DNA of 64,000 nt from Antedon mediterranea (lineage: Eukaryota; Animalia; Echinodermata). Location: assembly GCF_964355755.1 (NCBI RefSeq), contig NC_092670.1, positions 15,796,795 through 15,860,794 on the forward strand, written 5' to 3'. The notes below the pieces were generated by a model, which was given only the letters and a program-made list of their open reading frames with translations, was not told where the DNA came from and did no database searches. Made by a program: the position numbers and the translations under genes. Below, piece by piece: positions 1-12,782 of this stretch. How positions within the stretch are numbered: position 1 is the stretch's first letter; each line of letters opens with the position of its first letter.

Positions 1-410
1 CAGCCGTTTGTTGGTAGGCAGTATTCATCTTATAATTGAATTGTGCTAGTTTCTTATCTTTCATTTTACATACTTTCCGTAACCAAGAAGTTTTCCAATC
101 AATGTTGTTATCATTGAAGTACTCTTCCCATTTTAGTTGTGACATTGGAATAATGAAATATTCTTTCACAAACCATGAGTGTATTAGTTTGGTAGTATTA
201 ATCTCATACTTGGTCCCAACTAATTCATCATTATCATCACAATTGAAAATATCTACCTCCTTAATAATACGTTTCCATTGAATTGGTATTGCCTTAATAA
301 TGCACAAATACTCATTTAACCAGTTTGTTTTACATTGTAGTTTCACCAGTATTTCGTTTGATGTTAAAAAAGTGTTCTTATTAACAATGTCTTTAATACT
401 GATAATTCAC
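1..410 (-). mobile_element. Degenerate L1/Tx1-type LINE ORF2 C-terminal fragment (zf-RVT region)
   Basis: Minus-strand translation IISIKDIV...LNEYLCIIKAIPIQWK...KWEEYFNDNNIDWK...LAQFNYKM, then a frameshift, then ILPTNKRL. Confidence 0.75.
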
Positions 411-539
411 GTCATATTTATCTACAATCATTTGTGTTAATTCCACTTTTAAAAGTCAATTTATATCAATTACTTATGAACATATGTACGTGTCCGCGTC
501 ATTCATCTACAAATATTATAGTGTTATTATGTTTTTCAT

Positions 540-1875
540 ATTATCACTGTGCTCAAGTATATGAAAATGACTATAGTTGAGAACAGTGTTAAACAGGATC
601 GTGTACATTAATGTTATTTGTTGTATATTGTGCTCAAGTATACCAAAATGACTATAGTTGAGAACAGTGTTAAACAGGATCGTACATTAATGTTTTTTGT
701 TGTATATTGTTAAGTTTATCCTATTCTTTATCACTGTTCTCAAGTATACCAAAATGACTATAGTTGAGAACAGTGTTAAACGGGATCGTACATTAATGTT
801 ATTTGTTGTATATTATTAAGTTTATCCTATTCTTTATCACTGTGCTCAAGTATACCAAAATGACTATAGTTGAGAACAGTGGTAAACGGGATCGTACATT
901 AATGTTTTTGTTGTATATTATTAAGTTTATCCTATTCTTTATCACTGTGCTCAAGTATACCAAAATGACTATAGTTGAGAACAGTGGTAAACTGGATCGT
1001 ACATTAATGTTATTTGTTGTATATTATTAAGTGTATCCTATTCTTTTTCACTGTGCTCAAGTATACCAAAATGACTATAGTTGAGAACAGTGTTAAACAG
1101 GATCGTACATTAATGTTTTTTGTTGTATATTGTTAAGTTTATCCTATTCTTTATCACTGTTCTCAAGTATACCAAAATGACTATAGTTGAGAACAGTGTT
1201 AAACTGGATCGTACATTAATGTTTTTTGTTGTATATTTTTAAGTTTATCCTATTCTTTATCACTGTGCTCAAGTATATACCAAAATGACTATAGTCGAGA
1301 ACAGTGTTAAACGGGATCATACATTAATGTTATTTGTTGTATATTGTTAAGTTTATCCTATTCTTTATCACTGTGCTCAAGTATACCAAAATTACTAAAG
1401 TCGAGAACAGTGTTAAACGGGATCATACATTAATGTTATTTGTTGTATATTGTTAAGTTTATCCTATTCTTTATCACTGTGCTCAAGTATACCAAAATGA
1501 CTATAGTTGAGAACAGTGTTAAACAGGATCGTACATTGATGTTATTTGTTGTATATTGTTAAGTTTATCCTATTCTTTATCACTGTGCTCAAGTATACCA
1601 AAATGACTAAAGTTGAGAACAGTGTTAAACGGGATCATATACATTAATGTTATTTGTTGTATATTGTTAAGTTTATCCTATTCTTTATCACTGTGCTCAA
1701 GTATACCAAAATGACTATAGTTGAGAACAGTGTTAAACGGAATCATACATTAATGTTATTTGTTGTATATTGTTAAGTTTATCCTATTCTTTATCACTGT
1801 TCTCAAGTATACCAAAATGACTATAGTTGAGAACAGTGTTAAACTACATCGTACATTAATGTTATTTGTTGTATA
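540..1875. repeat. Tandem array of about 106-bp units (about 12 copies) with internal palindrome cactgtgctcaa...ttgagaacagtg
   Basis: ctattctttatcac recurs at 721, 827, 932 and onward; units are near-identical. Confidence 0.95.
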
Positions 1876-2240
1876 GGCCCTATTGTTAAGTGTATTCTTT
1901 ATTCTTATTAATTGTACTAAATTATTAAAAGATTTAACAGTAGTAAGCATAACATTTCCCCACTCCTACATTAGCATGGTAGGGCATTGTAATGGTCGCA
2001 GGTGGCTCAACTTTATTACTGCAATGGGATGGACATGGTCCTACTACCACCTTACCATCCAATAGGATTCCAGTAAATTTCCTTTACTACCAATCATAAT
2101 TCAGTAATTAAATGACCCCTTAAGTTAACAAGGAAATCAGCCTATCCCATTATACCGGTAGGCTTCGTCGTACAGGCGTACTGCGGTAATAGTTGAGAAT
2201 TCTCAACTAGCCAATTTGGTATATTTTATATACCTGCAAT

Positions 2241-3198
2241 CGAGGTATATTCAGAGCATCATTCTGACGACTGGAGCATTCTCTTCCTCTCCACGGAGCG
2301 CCATTTATGCCTTTATTAACTTCAATAATAGAAATAGTACTACGGTAACTGCTCAAGTGGACCCAATTTAGCACCAGGGTAGCACAGTGATATAAAATTG
2401 AAATTAAAGTCACTACTTTTAATATAGTTTCGTATATACCCATATCACAAACTGACAAACAGAAACATCTTGGCATTCACATTGATTCAAATTTATCTTT
2501 TTCTTTTCATGTAAATAAACTCCGTTCCAAACTGGGCTTGTCCATCTCCATCTTATCGCGTGCTCGGTCATTTCATTAATAAACACACATCCATACTCCT
2601 CTATAAACTATAATCCTCCCACACATTGACTATTGATGTATAGTGTTTGGGGAATCAGATCGAATATTGACCGAATACAGACCATTCAAAATAGAGCACT
2701 TCGCATTATCCTTAAAGCTCATCCTCTCACACCACGAACTAACATTTATAACACCGTAAAGCTTCATAGTCCAAGATCGGCTATATATTTGTATTTAAGT
2801 ACATATATATTATATATTTTTAAGTTTTTTTAACATAGTTCATCCGTTTGTTCATATATGTTTTTAACTGTCTGCATATGCTGTTTAGGGTCACCCTCAC
2901 AAAATAAGGTTTAATAAAAAAATAAAATAGAAATAAAGTAACTAAATTTTAATATCTTTTCGTATGTTAATACAATGTGTTCAAGTGGACCCAATTTGGC
3001 CCCAGTGGAGCACAGTGATGTAAAATAGAAATAAAGTCACTAAATTTTAATATCTTTTCGTATAAAACACTGTGCTCAAGTGGACACAATTTGGTACCAG
3101 GGAAGCAGTGATATAAAATAGAAATAAAGTCACTCAAGTTTCAATCTTTTCGTATGTTAATACACTGTGCTCAAGTGGACCCAATTTGGCGCCAGTGG
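2241..3198 (+). mobile_element. Left arm of a large inverted repeat (terminal unique part plus 97-bp units), interrupted by a LINE fragment
   Basis: cgaggtatattcagagcatcattctgacga...ggagcgccatttatgccttta (2241-2314) aligns to the reverse complement of 14890-14962. The units at 2345-2440 and 2925-3198 are the reverse complement of the 13692-14460 array. Confidence 0.8.
2450..2920 (+). mobile_element. CR1/L2-group LINE RT C-terminal fragment with 3' tail
   Basis: Frameshifted translation KQKHLGIHIDSNLSFSFHVNKLRSKL...ILPHIDY...VWG...IQTIQNRALRII, with an A-rich end near 2915. Confidence 0.8.
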
Positions 3199-3214
3199 AT
3201 TTTTTTAATGGAAA

Positions 3215-5580
3215 ATAATAAATATTGTTTTTCTTTTATTTTGAAAGAGAGATATTTTGAGGATTATAAATGTCAAGTGGAACTTTTTTTAAATCAGAAA
3301 CAAAGTAGTTGCATGGCATTATATGTTCCATTAATAGACTGCCATAAAACTTCGAAAAGAAGCCCATGTGCTCCTTCATATTTAGTACTCTTGTGTGGGC
3401 TTCTTTTCCACATAGAGTTCTTTTCGAAATTACTTTTGCAAACTAAACGAGAGGAACTGCTAACTTCCCGCCCGGAAAATATTTTATTTACATGATTTGA
3501 AAAATCTTCTAATATGTAAATAATTAAAAGCATCAAAATTTAACAGTGTGGCGTGTTGACCGCGAATGACTAACATACCATCTTTACCATAATACACTTT
3601 CACAGACTCATTTGCATAACAACGCACGCACATACCAAACTGTTTAAAATAGAGCTACAAGGTACCCGAAAATGACATCTATTATGTTTTCAATCAAAAT
3701 GCATAAGAATCGTCAGTACCCCGTGACCATGCTTGGGGCTGAGCAAAGACAATTTTGAAAAAAGAGCTGTATACAGCAGGTCCCCCCCCCCCCCCGAAAA
3801 AATAACGTTACATTATTTGAATGAAACAAATTATATAAGACTCACCAGGACAATATATGAGCTTGTCCCCGGAAAGTGCACATATTCATTGAAATATAAA
3901 ATTAAATATTAAGTCTCCAGTACTAGCCCATCCATGGTTGAGGCAGAGCAATGAAAATAGAGCCCAGAAATGCACTTACTTATACTTACCTATGATAATT
4001 ATGATAATGTTAAAATTTCAACTATCCAGATGCGACTTTAACATTTTAGGTTGGGTTTCCTACTTTAAAAACTCGACTTCGTATATGCCTATGGCCTAGC
4101 CCGGCGGCGGAATTAGTCTAAGCTTCGGAGTTGGTCTGGAAATCGGCATCTTTGCAAATGTTCTATAGGCCTATTTGATCTTAATTCACTCCATTAACCC
4201 GATACAAAAACCATCGGAGACTATCTGTTTAAAACATGTTTATTCTGGGACGGTGCGGCCATACACACCAACTACTATGAAGAATCGGACATTTCGCTAC
4301 CAATGTTGCAACATTGATTAACAAAATCAAAATTTAACCGCGAATAACTAATAATACCATCTTTCTCACTACATCTGCACAAACTCATTTGTATAACAAC
4401 GAACGGCATACCAAACTATGATGAGAGATACATTCTCTTCTCAACACGTAACGAAGATAATTAATTCCTTTTTTACATTAAATTGAGGCCGCTAAACATA
4501 AAATTTACGAGATCAAATACATGTAGCGAAAGCCAAAAAAAAAAGAGTAAAAATTGTGCTCTCCTTGCCTCAGCACTAAGGCCCTGCAGCAGCCTTGGGT
4601 TCGTATCTATCACATCATTACCAGATGCATTGCTAGTGCCTTCGCAAGATGTGTGGTGGAAAGGGGGATGTACAATTCTATGAACCCCAAACACAGTGGT
4701 CGCATACCTTTAACTCTATTCCATCGACCAGCGTGGGAATCGAACCCACGACATACGTGTTGTCAACACGACGCTCAGGCGACTGAGCTAATTGATCATT
4801 TTGGTTTTATCAAGGTTAATATAATAATATAATAGTATATTTATGATGTAATGATGAATTACGTAATACAATTATCAGCTGTTCAGTCATGTTTCAGTTT
4901 GTGGTGCAACGGGTAATGCTCAGTTTTAAGTGGTATCAGCTGGGGTTCGAACATCTACGGGTATTTATTTTTATGAATATTGGTTTTTTTTTTAAAGAGA
5001 GATATTTGGATGGTTGAAAATGTCAGGCCTAGGCAAGTGGACCTTAAATCATAAACAAGAGTGTATGGCATTCATTTTTCCATTAAATAGGCACCCCGAA
5101 TGTTCCTCATTTTTAGTACTCTTGGGTACGGTGGTTTCTTTTCAACGGATAAGCTTTTTTTCCATATGGGGTTCTTTTCAAGATTACTTTTGTAAACTAA
5201 AGGAGGGGAGTTTCTAGATTCCCGCCCGGAAAATTGTATCTTTACTTTGAATTTCTAATAAAGATTAACGAAATCAAAATTTAACTTTTAAATTTAATTT
5301 TGTGGCGTGTTCACCGCGTAGGACTAACAATACCATCTTCCCCATTACACCTGCACTCATTTGCATAACTACGCAGGGCTTACCAAACTGTTTAAAATAG
5401 CTACAAGGTCCCCAGAAATGACACCTGTAGTATTTTGAAACATGATATATAAGAGTCTTTACTACACCACCATAATTTGGGCTGAGCAAAGACAATTTTG
5501 AAAAAAAAATATTTATTGAAATATGAAATTAAATATTAAGTCTCCAGTTAAGCTCACCATGGTTGGGGCAGAGCTAAGAA
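3215..5580. repeat. Diverged direct duplication of a module (about 3215-3950 versus 4975-5580; partial copy 4320-4420)
   Basis: Shared blocks in the same order: aagagagatatt, ttagtactcttg, ttcccgcccggaaaat, ctcatttgcataac, ggctgagcaaagacaattttgaaaaa, aaattaaatattaagtctccagt. Confidence 0.85.
4536..4797 (-). mobile_element. tRNA-derived SINE or pseudo-tRNA (head 4797-4725) with body ending in a T-tract
   Basis: Minus strand gatcaat-tagctcagtcgcctgagcg-tcgtg-ttgacaa-cacgt-atgtc-gtgggttcgattcccac-gctggtcg has an A box, B box, T-arm and anticodon-like loop, with a mismatched acceptor stem. Confidence 0.65.
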
Positions 5581-5756
5581 TGAAAGCTTAGTCATAAAAC
5601 GAAATATAAATGTCTTCAGGACCCGCTTCAGGAACAGTCATACAATGGTGATGGTTTCCCAAGTGTGAGACATGCAATGCACGCGGCCGTGACGGTAATT
5701 CAACAGCTAGCACACAAAAGCCTACTTAATATTAATATTAATATTTCTATAATTTA

Positions 5757-5839
5757 GAAAACTGTCTGTCTAGACTGTCTGTCTGTCTAGACTGTCTGTC
5801 TGTCTAGACTGTCTGTCTGTCTAGACTGTCTGTCTGTCT

Positions 5840-5892
<53 letters not shown>

Positions 5893-5915
5893 GAACTGTC
5901 TAGACTGTCTGTCTC
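5757..5915. repeat. GTCT/GTCTAGAC compound microsatellite, left piece
   Basis: Directly visible; the same pattern resumes at 10055. Confidence 0.95.
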
Positions 5916-7264
5916 ATTAGGAAAACGAGCCCTATTTAACGTGAGCTTTTAGTACCCCGGCTAACCCGGGGTACTATAATTGCCTGTAATTGTTTTGACC
6001 CTGATCAGTCTTGTTGATGGGTAATTAACAGAACAGTGTCCATCAATCATGCAGGAAAGTATCAGGGTACTAAAAGAGGCCAAGCCCACTTTGTTTGCCA
6101 ACAGCCAATCACCGACAGCATCAGGTTTCAGTTACAGCATGTTTTAATGATTAGGTAATAGTTTGATTTCATGAAATAAATGAATATTTAATAGCCTTTT
6201 CACGCCTTATAATTATTTAAGTAAGCCTATATTTCCATGTTTCCTTTTCGATTTTGTACATTTTAACAACATTGTATGGGGAGCTACAAAGTTCAACCTT
6301 AGATTGAGTAGTCAAGCGATCAACCAATTACAATTGAATAATTTTAATTTTATTAATTTACCAATGAAATACATAGCCTACTACAAATTGATTCTGAAAT
6401 AAACTGGGATGGTGCGATGGGATTTGGTAGGGATGTCAAGAGGTACACCATCACATCAGACTCGGGCTGAGGTATAGGCAGGGAGTTGTTATTAAAACAA
6501 CTCCCTAGTATAAGTAGGCCTACAATTTTTGAGAATATGAGCGGGAAATTCAAATGAAATAATGTAGCCGTAGGGGGTGGTACCCATACGCTTCCCAAAA
6601 AGTTTTTGCGCTATATTAGTATATAGGACCAGATATATGAATTAATTAATAATACTAAACAATCTAAAAAATAAATCTTTTTATTAAAAAAAATGTAATT
6701 GAATGTTAATAAACATAAACGAAACCCATCATAAATAACAATCTTTTTAATTGTGTAATAACAAGTTGATGTTATACGATATTATAATAGAGGGATTATG
6801 CCTCATTTTAGTTGTTTATGTTATTCTAAGAAAACTGCACATAGGCCTACATACATTATGTTCACTTTAGCACTCTAGTATTTTAAAACATTGATGACTA
6901 GCAATTATACACGCCCGGGCAGGTTTCCTATGTAGTTTTAAAACTTCACAGTACATTCCCGATCATTTGATAACTCATTATCCAGATGCCCTAAAATGCA
7001 CCCACCTCCCCAACACACACCCGCACTCGGGGATTTTCTAACTTATAATGTTAAACTTCCTGGTACAAATTCTATTGCAAACCCCGGCTCCATGACGGTT
7101 TTCAAATGCAGTTAAAACATACCCCCAGTTCACATTACTCATGTGGTCATTGATACTAACCCCAGCAAATCACTAAGCCTCCAACCCCTCTAACCTCTGC
7201 ACACTGTGATTTTTTAAAATATAGTTTAAAACCTTCCCAGTACAATTGTGGTCATACAATCACG

Positions 7265-8216
7265 AAATATTGTGCTACCTACATTTGAGAAAGTGTGCAA
7301 TCCATTAAAAAAATTGTGCTCCTCTTTGAGAAATTGTGCAATATGCAACATTCAGAAAATTGTGCTACCTTTTTGAGAAATAATTGTGCTAACCATTCGG
7401 GAAATTGTGCTACCTCTTTGAGAAATTGTGCTACCCATTCGGGAAATTGTGCAACCTCTTTGATAAATTGTGCTAACCATTCGGGAAATTGTGCTACCTC
7501 TTTGAGAAATTGTGCTAACCATTCGGGAAATTGTGCTACCTCTTTGAGAAATTGTGCTAACCATTCGGGAAATTGTGCTACCTCTTTGAGAAATTGTGCT
7601 AACCATTCGGGAAATTGTCACACTACCTCTTTGTGAAATTGTGCAATCCATTCCGAAAATTGTGCTACCTCTTTGAGAAATTATGCAATCCATTCGGGAG
7701 ATTTTGTGCTACCTCTTTGAGAAATTGTGCTAACCATTCGGGAAATTGTGCTACCTCTTTAAGAAATTGTGCTAACCATTTGGGAAATTGTGCTACCTCT
7801 TTGAGAAATTGTGCTAACCATTTGGGAAATTGTGCTACCTCTTTGAGAAATTGTGCTAACCATTAGGAAAATTGTGCTAACCATTAGGGAAATTGTGCTA
7901 CCTCTTTGAGACATTGTGCTAACCATTCGGGAAATTGTGCTACCTCTTTGAGAAATTGTGCTAACCATTCGGGAAATTGTGCTACCTCTTTGAGAAATTG
8001 TGCTAACCATTCGGGAAATTGTGCTACCTCTTTGAGAAATTGTGCTAACCATTTGGGAAATTGTGCTACCTCTTTGAGAAATTGTGCTAACCATTCGGGA
8101 AATTGTGCTACCTCTTTGAGAAATTGTGCTAACCATTTGGAAAATTGTGCTACCTCTTTGAGACATTGTGCTAACCATTCGGGAAATTGTGCTACCTCTT
8201 TGAGAAATTGTGCTAT
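7265..8216. repeat. 42-bp minisatellite made of two related 21-mers
   Basis: Unit aaattgtgctacctctttgag+aaattgtgctaaccattcggg repeated about 20 times. Confidence 0.95.
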
Positions 8217-8319
8217 CTTTTTCACATTTTTTCATCCCCTTCATAATCCATATTCCATATCTTACCATGCACCAACTCATTCCAAATGTTAAAGGATACA
8301 AGATATACTGTGACGGGAT

Positions 8320-9018
8320 TTAATATATGTGCCAACAATACTTTATCGCATTGCAGGTTCACATTTTTTTTTAACGGACAGGAATTTTTTAAGAATATAT
8401 ACTATATAGACATCCATCATTTCATCCTTAATTGTCCAGCTTTAAATAATATACGTAATCAGGAATTATTTAATTTATATGTGGATATGTATAGAAATGG
8501 CAGCAAAGATATGTTTGATACTTTTTATACTTCTCATGAAAATGACAAACTTAAATATATTTTGGGATACTCAGATAATTTAATTGATGAAGAGTGTGAA
8601 AATATTTTGGATAGTTTTTGTAAAAGATACCTAAAACAAGCATGGAAATTTCGAAATGATTCACTGAATTCCATGACTCAATAACTATGTTATCTACATT
8701 GCTACAAAAAAAAAAGGGGGGGGGGAGAAGGGGTTGGGGGTTTTTCGTAATAAGCTGTGTTTATCAGTTGATTTTATTTTATTTTATACACTTTTATTAT
8801 ATCTTGTTTTGTATTCATTGTGTAAAGTAATGATCTACTGTATGTATCGATGTAAATTGGGGGGGGGGGGAGTAGGATAGGTGTTGATAGTTGCTTTTGC
8901 CTTTTTTACTTTTCTGTTAATTGTTATATTTTATATTGTGAAGGATGCACCTTTGTGCTAAGTGTGCCATCGATCTAAAGGTGTAATTCCAAATAAATAA
9001 ATAAATAAATAAATAAAT
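8320..9018 (+). mobile_element. 3' fragment of a non-LTR retrotransposon (RTEX-like zinc-knuckle C-terminus, 3' UTR, (AAAT)n tail)
   Basis: ORF 8286-8684 contains DIHHFILNCPALNNIR...KLKYILG...YLKQAWKFRN; the tail aaataaataaataaat lies at 8991-9018. Confidence 0.65.
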
Positions 9019-10054
9019 ATACTCTATAAAATTTAATTCAAATTAGGCCCATAATATTATGTTTACATGGCAATTGTTAATTTTAAAATTAAAATAAATG
9101 TATAACATGCACATACAGATTTTATTCAGTGTATTAATTACAGTATCTGATTTTGTAGTTAATCGTTAAAATAATGATATCCTGGCCTATAACAAAAATG
9201 TTCCATCTGTAAGGTAACATTTAACAACCATTTTTTAATATTTACTTAGACCTAATCTGTTGATTACAATTCAGGAGTTACAAATTAAGAGTTAACATTG
9301 TTGGTATCATTACCTCACACAACTTAGACAAACAAATGTCACATTAATGTGTAATAAAAACTGAACTATTATGTATTTGAGGAAAACATAAATATATATT
9401 TCCTCCATAAATGTGCATACAATTGAGGTATACTCAAGAAAAGGGGTTTATAATTGAGACATAAAGTAACTATAATTATATAAAATATGATTATAAAATA
9501 CAGTATTTAATTGTTTGCTTATAATTTGAAATAGTATTACTGTACTATTTATTATAGCTGGCCTATATATTTAACATTAGAGGGGTGGCAAATCCATAGA
9601 GATCATTTTAAGATCTCAGCTGAAGAACATGAAATAGTTTATAAATATAGTTTTAATTTCAAAACAAAAGTTTTTGCTTTTCCAGCGATTTTAGTCTGGG
9701 TGCACAAAACACAAATTTTTAATTTAAACTCATCTCTACAGTTCATTCTTTGGCTCTCTGCTGTTAGATTAGAACTGACCTTGCTAACCACAAGGCCACT
9801 TGCATTCTTTAATTTTGTGTGCAAAAAATGTACCCATGGTATAATGGTGGTTTCTAAATACAATGAGTGACCAATTCCAAATAGGCTGTGCATTGCAGCC
9901 AATCAGAAGCAAGGAAGGCTGAGCCTGGAAGATGAACAAGGTGTTACGTGATTTATTAATTGACTAAGACATTAATGACTGGCTTTAGGCAAAATTAAAC
10001 AAGTAAGATGCCAGAGGCAAAAGCTCACGCTAAATAGGGCTCGTTCTCCTAATA

Positions 10055-12782
10055 GTCTAGACTGACTGTCTGTCTGTCTGAACTGTCTAGACTGTCTGTC
10101 TGTCTAGACTGTCTGTCTGTCTAAACTGTCTGTCTGGACTGTCTAGACTGTCTGTCTGTCTGAACTGTCTAGGCTGTCTGTCTGTCTAGACTGTCTGTCT
10201 GAACTGTCTCGACTGTCTGTCTGTCCAGACTGTCTGTCTGTCCAGACTGTCTGTCTGTCTAAACTGTCTAAACTGTCTGTCTGTCTAGACTGTCTGTCTG
10301 TCTAAACTGTCTGTCTGTCTGAACTGTCTGTCTGTCTAGACTCTCTGTCTGTCTGAAATGTCTAGACTGTCTGTCTGAACTGTCTAGACTGTCTGTCTGA
10401 ACTGTCTAGACTGTCTGTCTGTCTGAAATGTCTAGACTGTCTGTCTGAACTGTCTAGACTGTCTGTCTAAACTGTCTAGACTGTCTGTCTGTCTGAACTG
10501 TCTAGGCTGTCTGTCTGTCTGAACTGTCTAGACTGTCTGTCTGTCTGTCTATACTGTCTGTCTGTCTGCCTGAACTGTCTAGACTGTCTGTCTGTCTAGA
10601 CTGTCTGTCTGTCTAGACTGTCTGTCTGTCTAAACTGTCTGTCTGAACTGTCTAGACTGTCTGTCTGTCTAGACTCTCTGTCTGTCTGAACTGTCTAGAC
10701 TGTCTGTCTATACTGTCTGTCTGTCTGTCTGAACTGTCTAGACTGTCTGTCTGTCTAGACTGTCGGTCTGTCTGAACTGTCTAGATTGTCTGTCTGTCTA
10801 GACTGTCTGTCTGTCTGAACTGTCTAGGCTGTCTGTCTGTCTAGACTGTCTGTCTGTCTGAAATGTCTAGACTGTCTGTCTGTCCAGACTGTCTGTCTGT
10901 CTAAACTGTCTAGACTGTCTGTCTATACTGTCTGTCTGTCTGTCTGAACTGTCTAGACTGTCTGTCTGTCTAGACTGTCTGTCTATCTAGACTGTCTGTC
11001 TGTCTGAACTGTCAAGACTGTCTGTCTGTCTGAACTGTCTAGGCTGTCTGTCTGTCTAGACTGTCTGTCTGAACTGTCTCGACTGTCTGTCTGTCCAGAC
11101 TGTCTGTCTGTCTAAACTGTCTAAACTGTCTGTCTGTCTAGACTGTCTGTCTGTCTAAACTGTCTGTCTGTCTGAACTGTCTGTCTGTCTAGACTCTCTG
11201 TCTGTCTGAAATGTCTAGACTGTCTGTCTGAACTGTCTAGACTGTCTGTCTGAACTGTCTAGACTGTCTGTCTGTCTGAAATGTCTAGACTGTCTGTCTG
11301 AACTGTCTAGACTGTCTGTCTAAACTGTCTAGACTGTCTGTCTAAACTGTCTAGACTGTCTGTCTGTCTAGACTGTCTGTCTGTCTGAACTGTCTAGACT
11401 GTCTGTCTGTCTGAACTGTCTAGACTGTCTGTCTGTCTAGACTGTCTGTCTGTCTGAACTGTCTAGACTGTCTGAACTGGCTAGACTTTCTGTCTGTCTA
11501 GACTGTCTGTCTGTCTGAACTGTCTAGACTGTCTGTCTGAACTGTCTAGACTGTCTGTCTGAACTGTCTAGACTGTATGTCTGTCTAGACTGTCTGTCTG
11601 TCTGAACTGTCTAGACTGTCTGTCTGTCTGAACTGTCTAGACTGTCTGTCTGTCTGCCTGAACTGTCTAGACTGTCTGTCTGTCTAAACTGTCTGTCTGA
11701 ACTGTCTAGACTGTCTGTCTATCTAGACTCTCTGTCTGTCTGAACTGTCTAGACTGTCTGTCTAGACTGTCTGTCTGTCTATACTGTCTGTCTGTCTAGA
11801 CTGTCGGTCTGTCTGAACTGTCTAGACAGTCTGTCTGTCTAGACTCTCTGTCTGTCTGAACTGTCTAGACTGTCTGTCTGTCTAGACTCTCTGTCTGTCT
11901 GAACTGTCTAGACTGTCTGTCTGTCTATACTGTCTGTCTGTCTAGACTGTCTGTCGGTCTGTCTGAACTGTCTAGACAGTCTGTCTGTCTAGACTCTCTG
12001 TCTGTCTGAACTGTCTAGACTGTCTGTCTGTCTAGACTCTCTGTCTGAACTGTCTAGACTGTGTGTCTGTCTGAACTGTCTAGGCTGTCTGTCTGTCCAG
12101 ACTGTCTGTCTGTCTAAACTGTCTAGACTGTCTGTCTGTCGAGACTGTCTGTCTGAACTGTCTCGACTGTCTGTCTGTCTAGACTCTCTGTCTGTCTGAA
12201 ATGTCTAGACTGTCTGTCTGAACTGTCTAGACTGTCTTTCTGTCTAGACTGTCTGTCTGTCTGAACTGTCTAGACTGTCTGTCTGTCTAGACTGTCTGTC
12301 TGTCTGTCTGAACTGTCTAGACTGTCTGTCTGTCTTAACTGTCTAGGTTGTCTGTCTGTCTAGACTGTCTGTCTGAACTGTCTAGACTGTATGTCTGTCC
12401 AGACTGTCTGTCTGTCCAGACGGTCTGTCTGTCTAAACTGTCTAGACTGTCTGCCTGAACTGTCTAGACTGCCTGTCTAGACTGACTGTCTGTCTGTCTG
12501 TCTGAACTGTCTCGACTGTTTGTCTGTCTAGACTGTCTGTCTGTCTGTCTAGACTGTCTGTCTGTCTGAAATGTCTAGACTGTCTGTCTAGACTGTCTGT
12601 CTGAACTGTCTAGGCTGTCTGTCTGTTTAGACTGTCTGTCTGAACTGTCTAGACTGTCTGTCTGTCCAGGCTGTCTGTCTAAACTGCCTAGACTGTCTGT
12701 CTGTCTAGACTGACTGTCTGTCTGAAATGTCTAGACTGTCTGTCTGTCTAGACTGTCTGTATATCTTAACTGTCTAGACTGT
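10055..12782. repeat. About 2.7-kb compound microsatellite (ctgt)n interspersed with ctagac/ctgaac/ctaaac
   Basis: Directly visible; rare-variant patterns recur (10161 ff. matches 11031 ff.). Confidence 0.97.

Larger units (their letters stand above)
5920..10049. mobile_element. About 4.1-kb non-autonomous TIR DNA transposon inserted in the microsatellite
   Basis: Left TIR ggaaaacgagccctatttaacgtgagctttt (5920) versus reverse complement of the right end ggagaacgagccctatttagcgtgagctttt (2 mismatches in 31). TA flanks both ends. No transposase ORF seen. Confidence 0.85.

Noticed and set aside
540-1875. CRISPR-like look of the palindromic repeat arrays (also 13692-14460)
   Set aside because: The intervening sequences are homologous between units rather than unique spacers, the context is eukaryotic and there are no cas genes.
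3609-3616. Octamer ATTTGCAT as an immunoglobulin-like or snRNA promoter
   Set aside because: It lies within a duplicated repeat module with no V-like exon or snRNA downstream, and an 8-mer can occur by chance in AT-rich DNA.
4725-4797. Functional tRNA gene (anticodon GAC)
   Set aside because: The acceptor and anticodon stems are mismatched, the D-loop GG is missing, and it is attached to a SINE-like body.
7295-8301. Long Cys-rich or periodic ORFs on both strands (NCATSLRNCANHSG repeats)
   Set aside because: They arise from a 42-bp (multiple of 3) minisatellite that is open in several frames on both strands, with no supporting gene structure.
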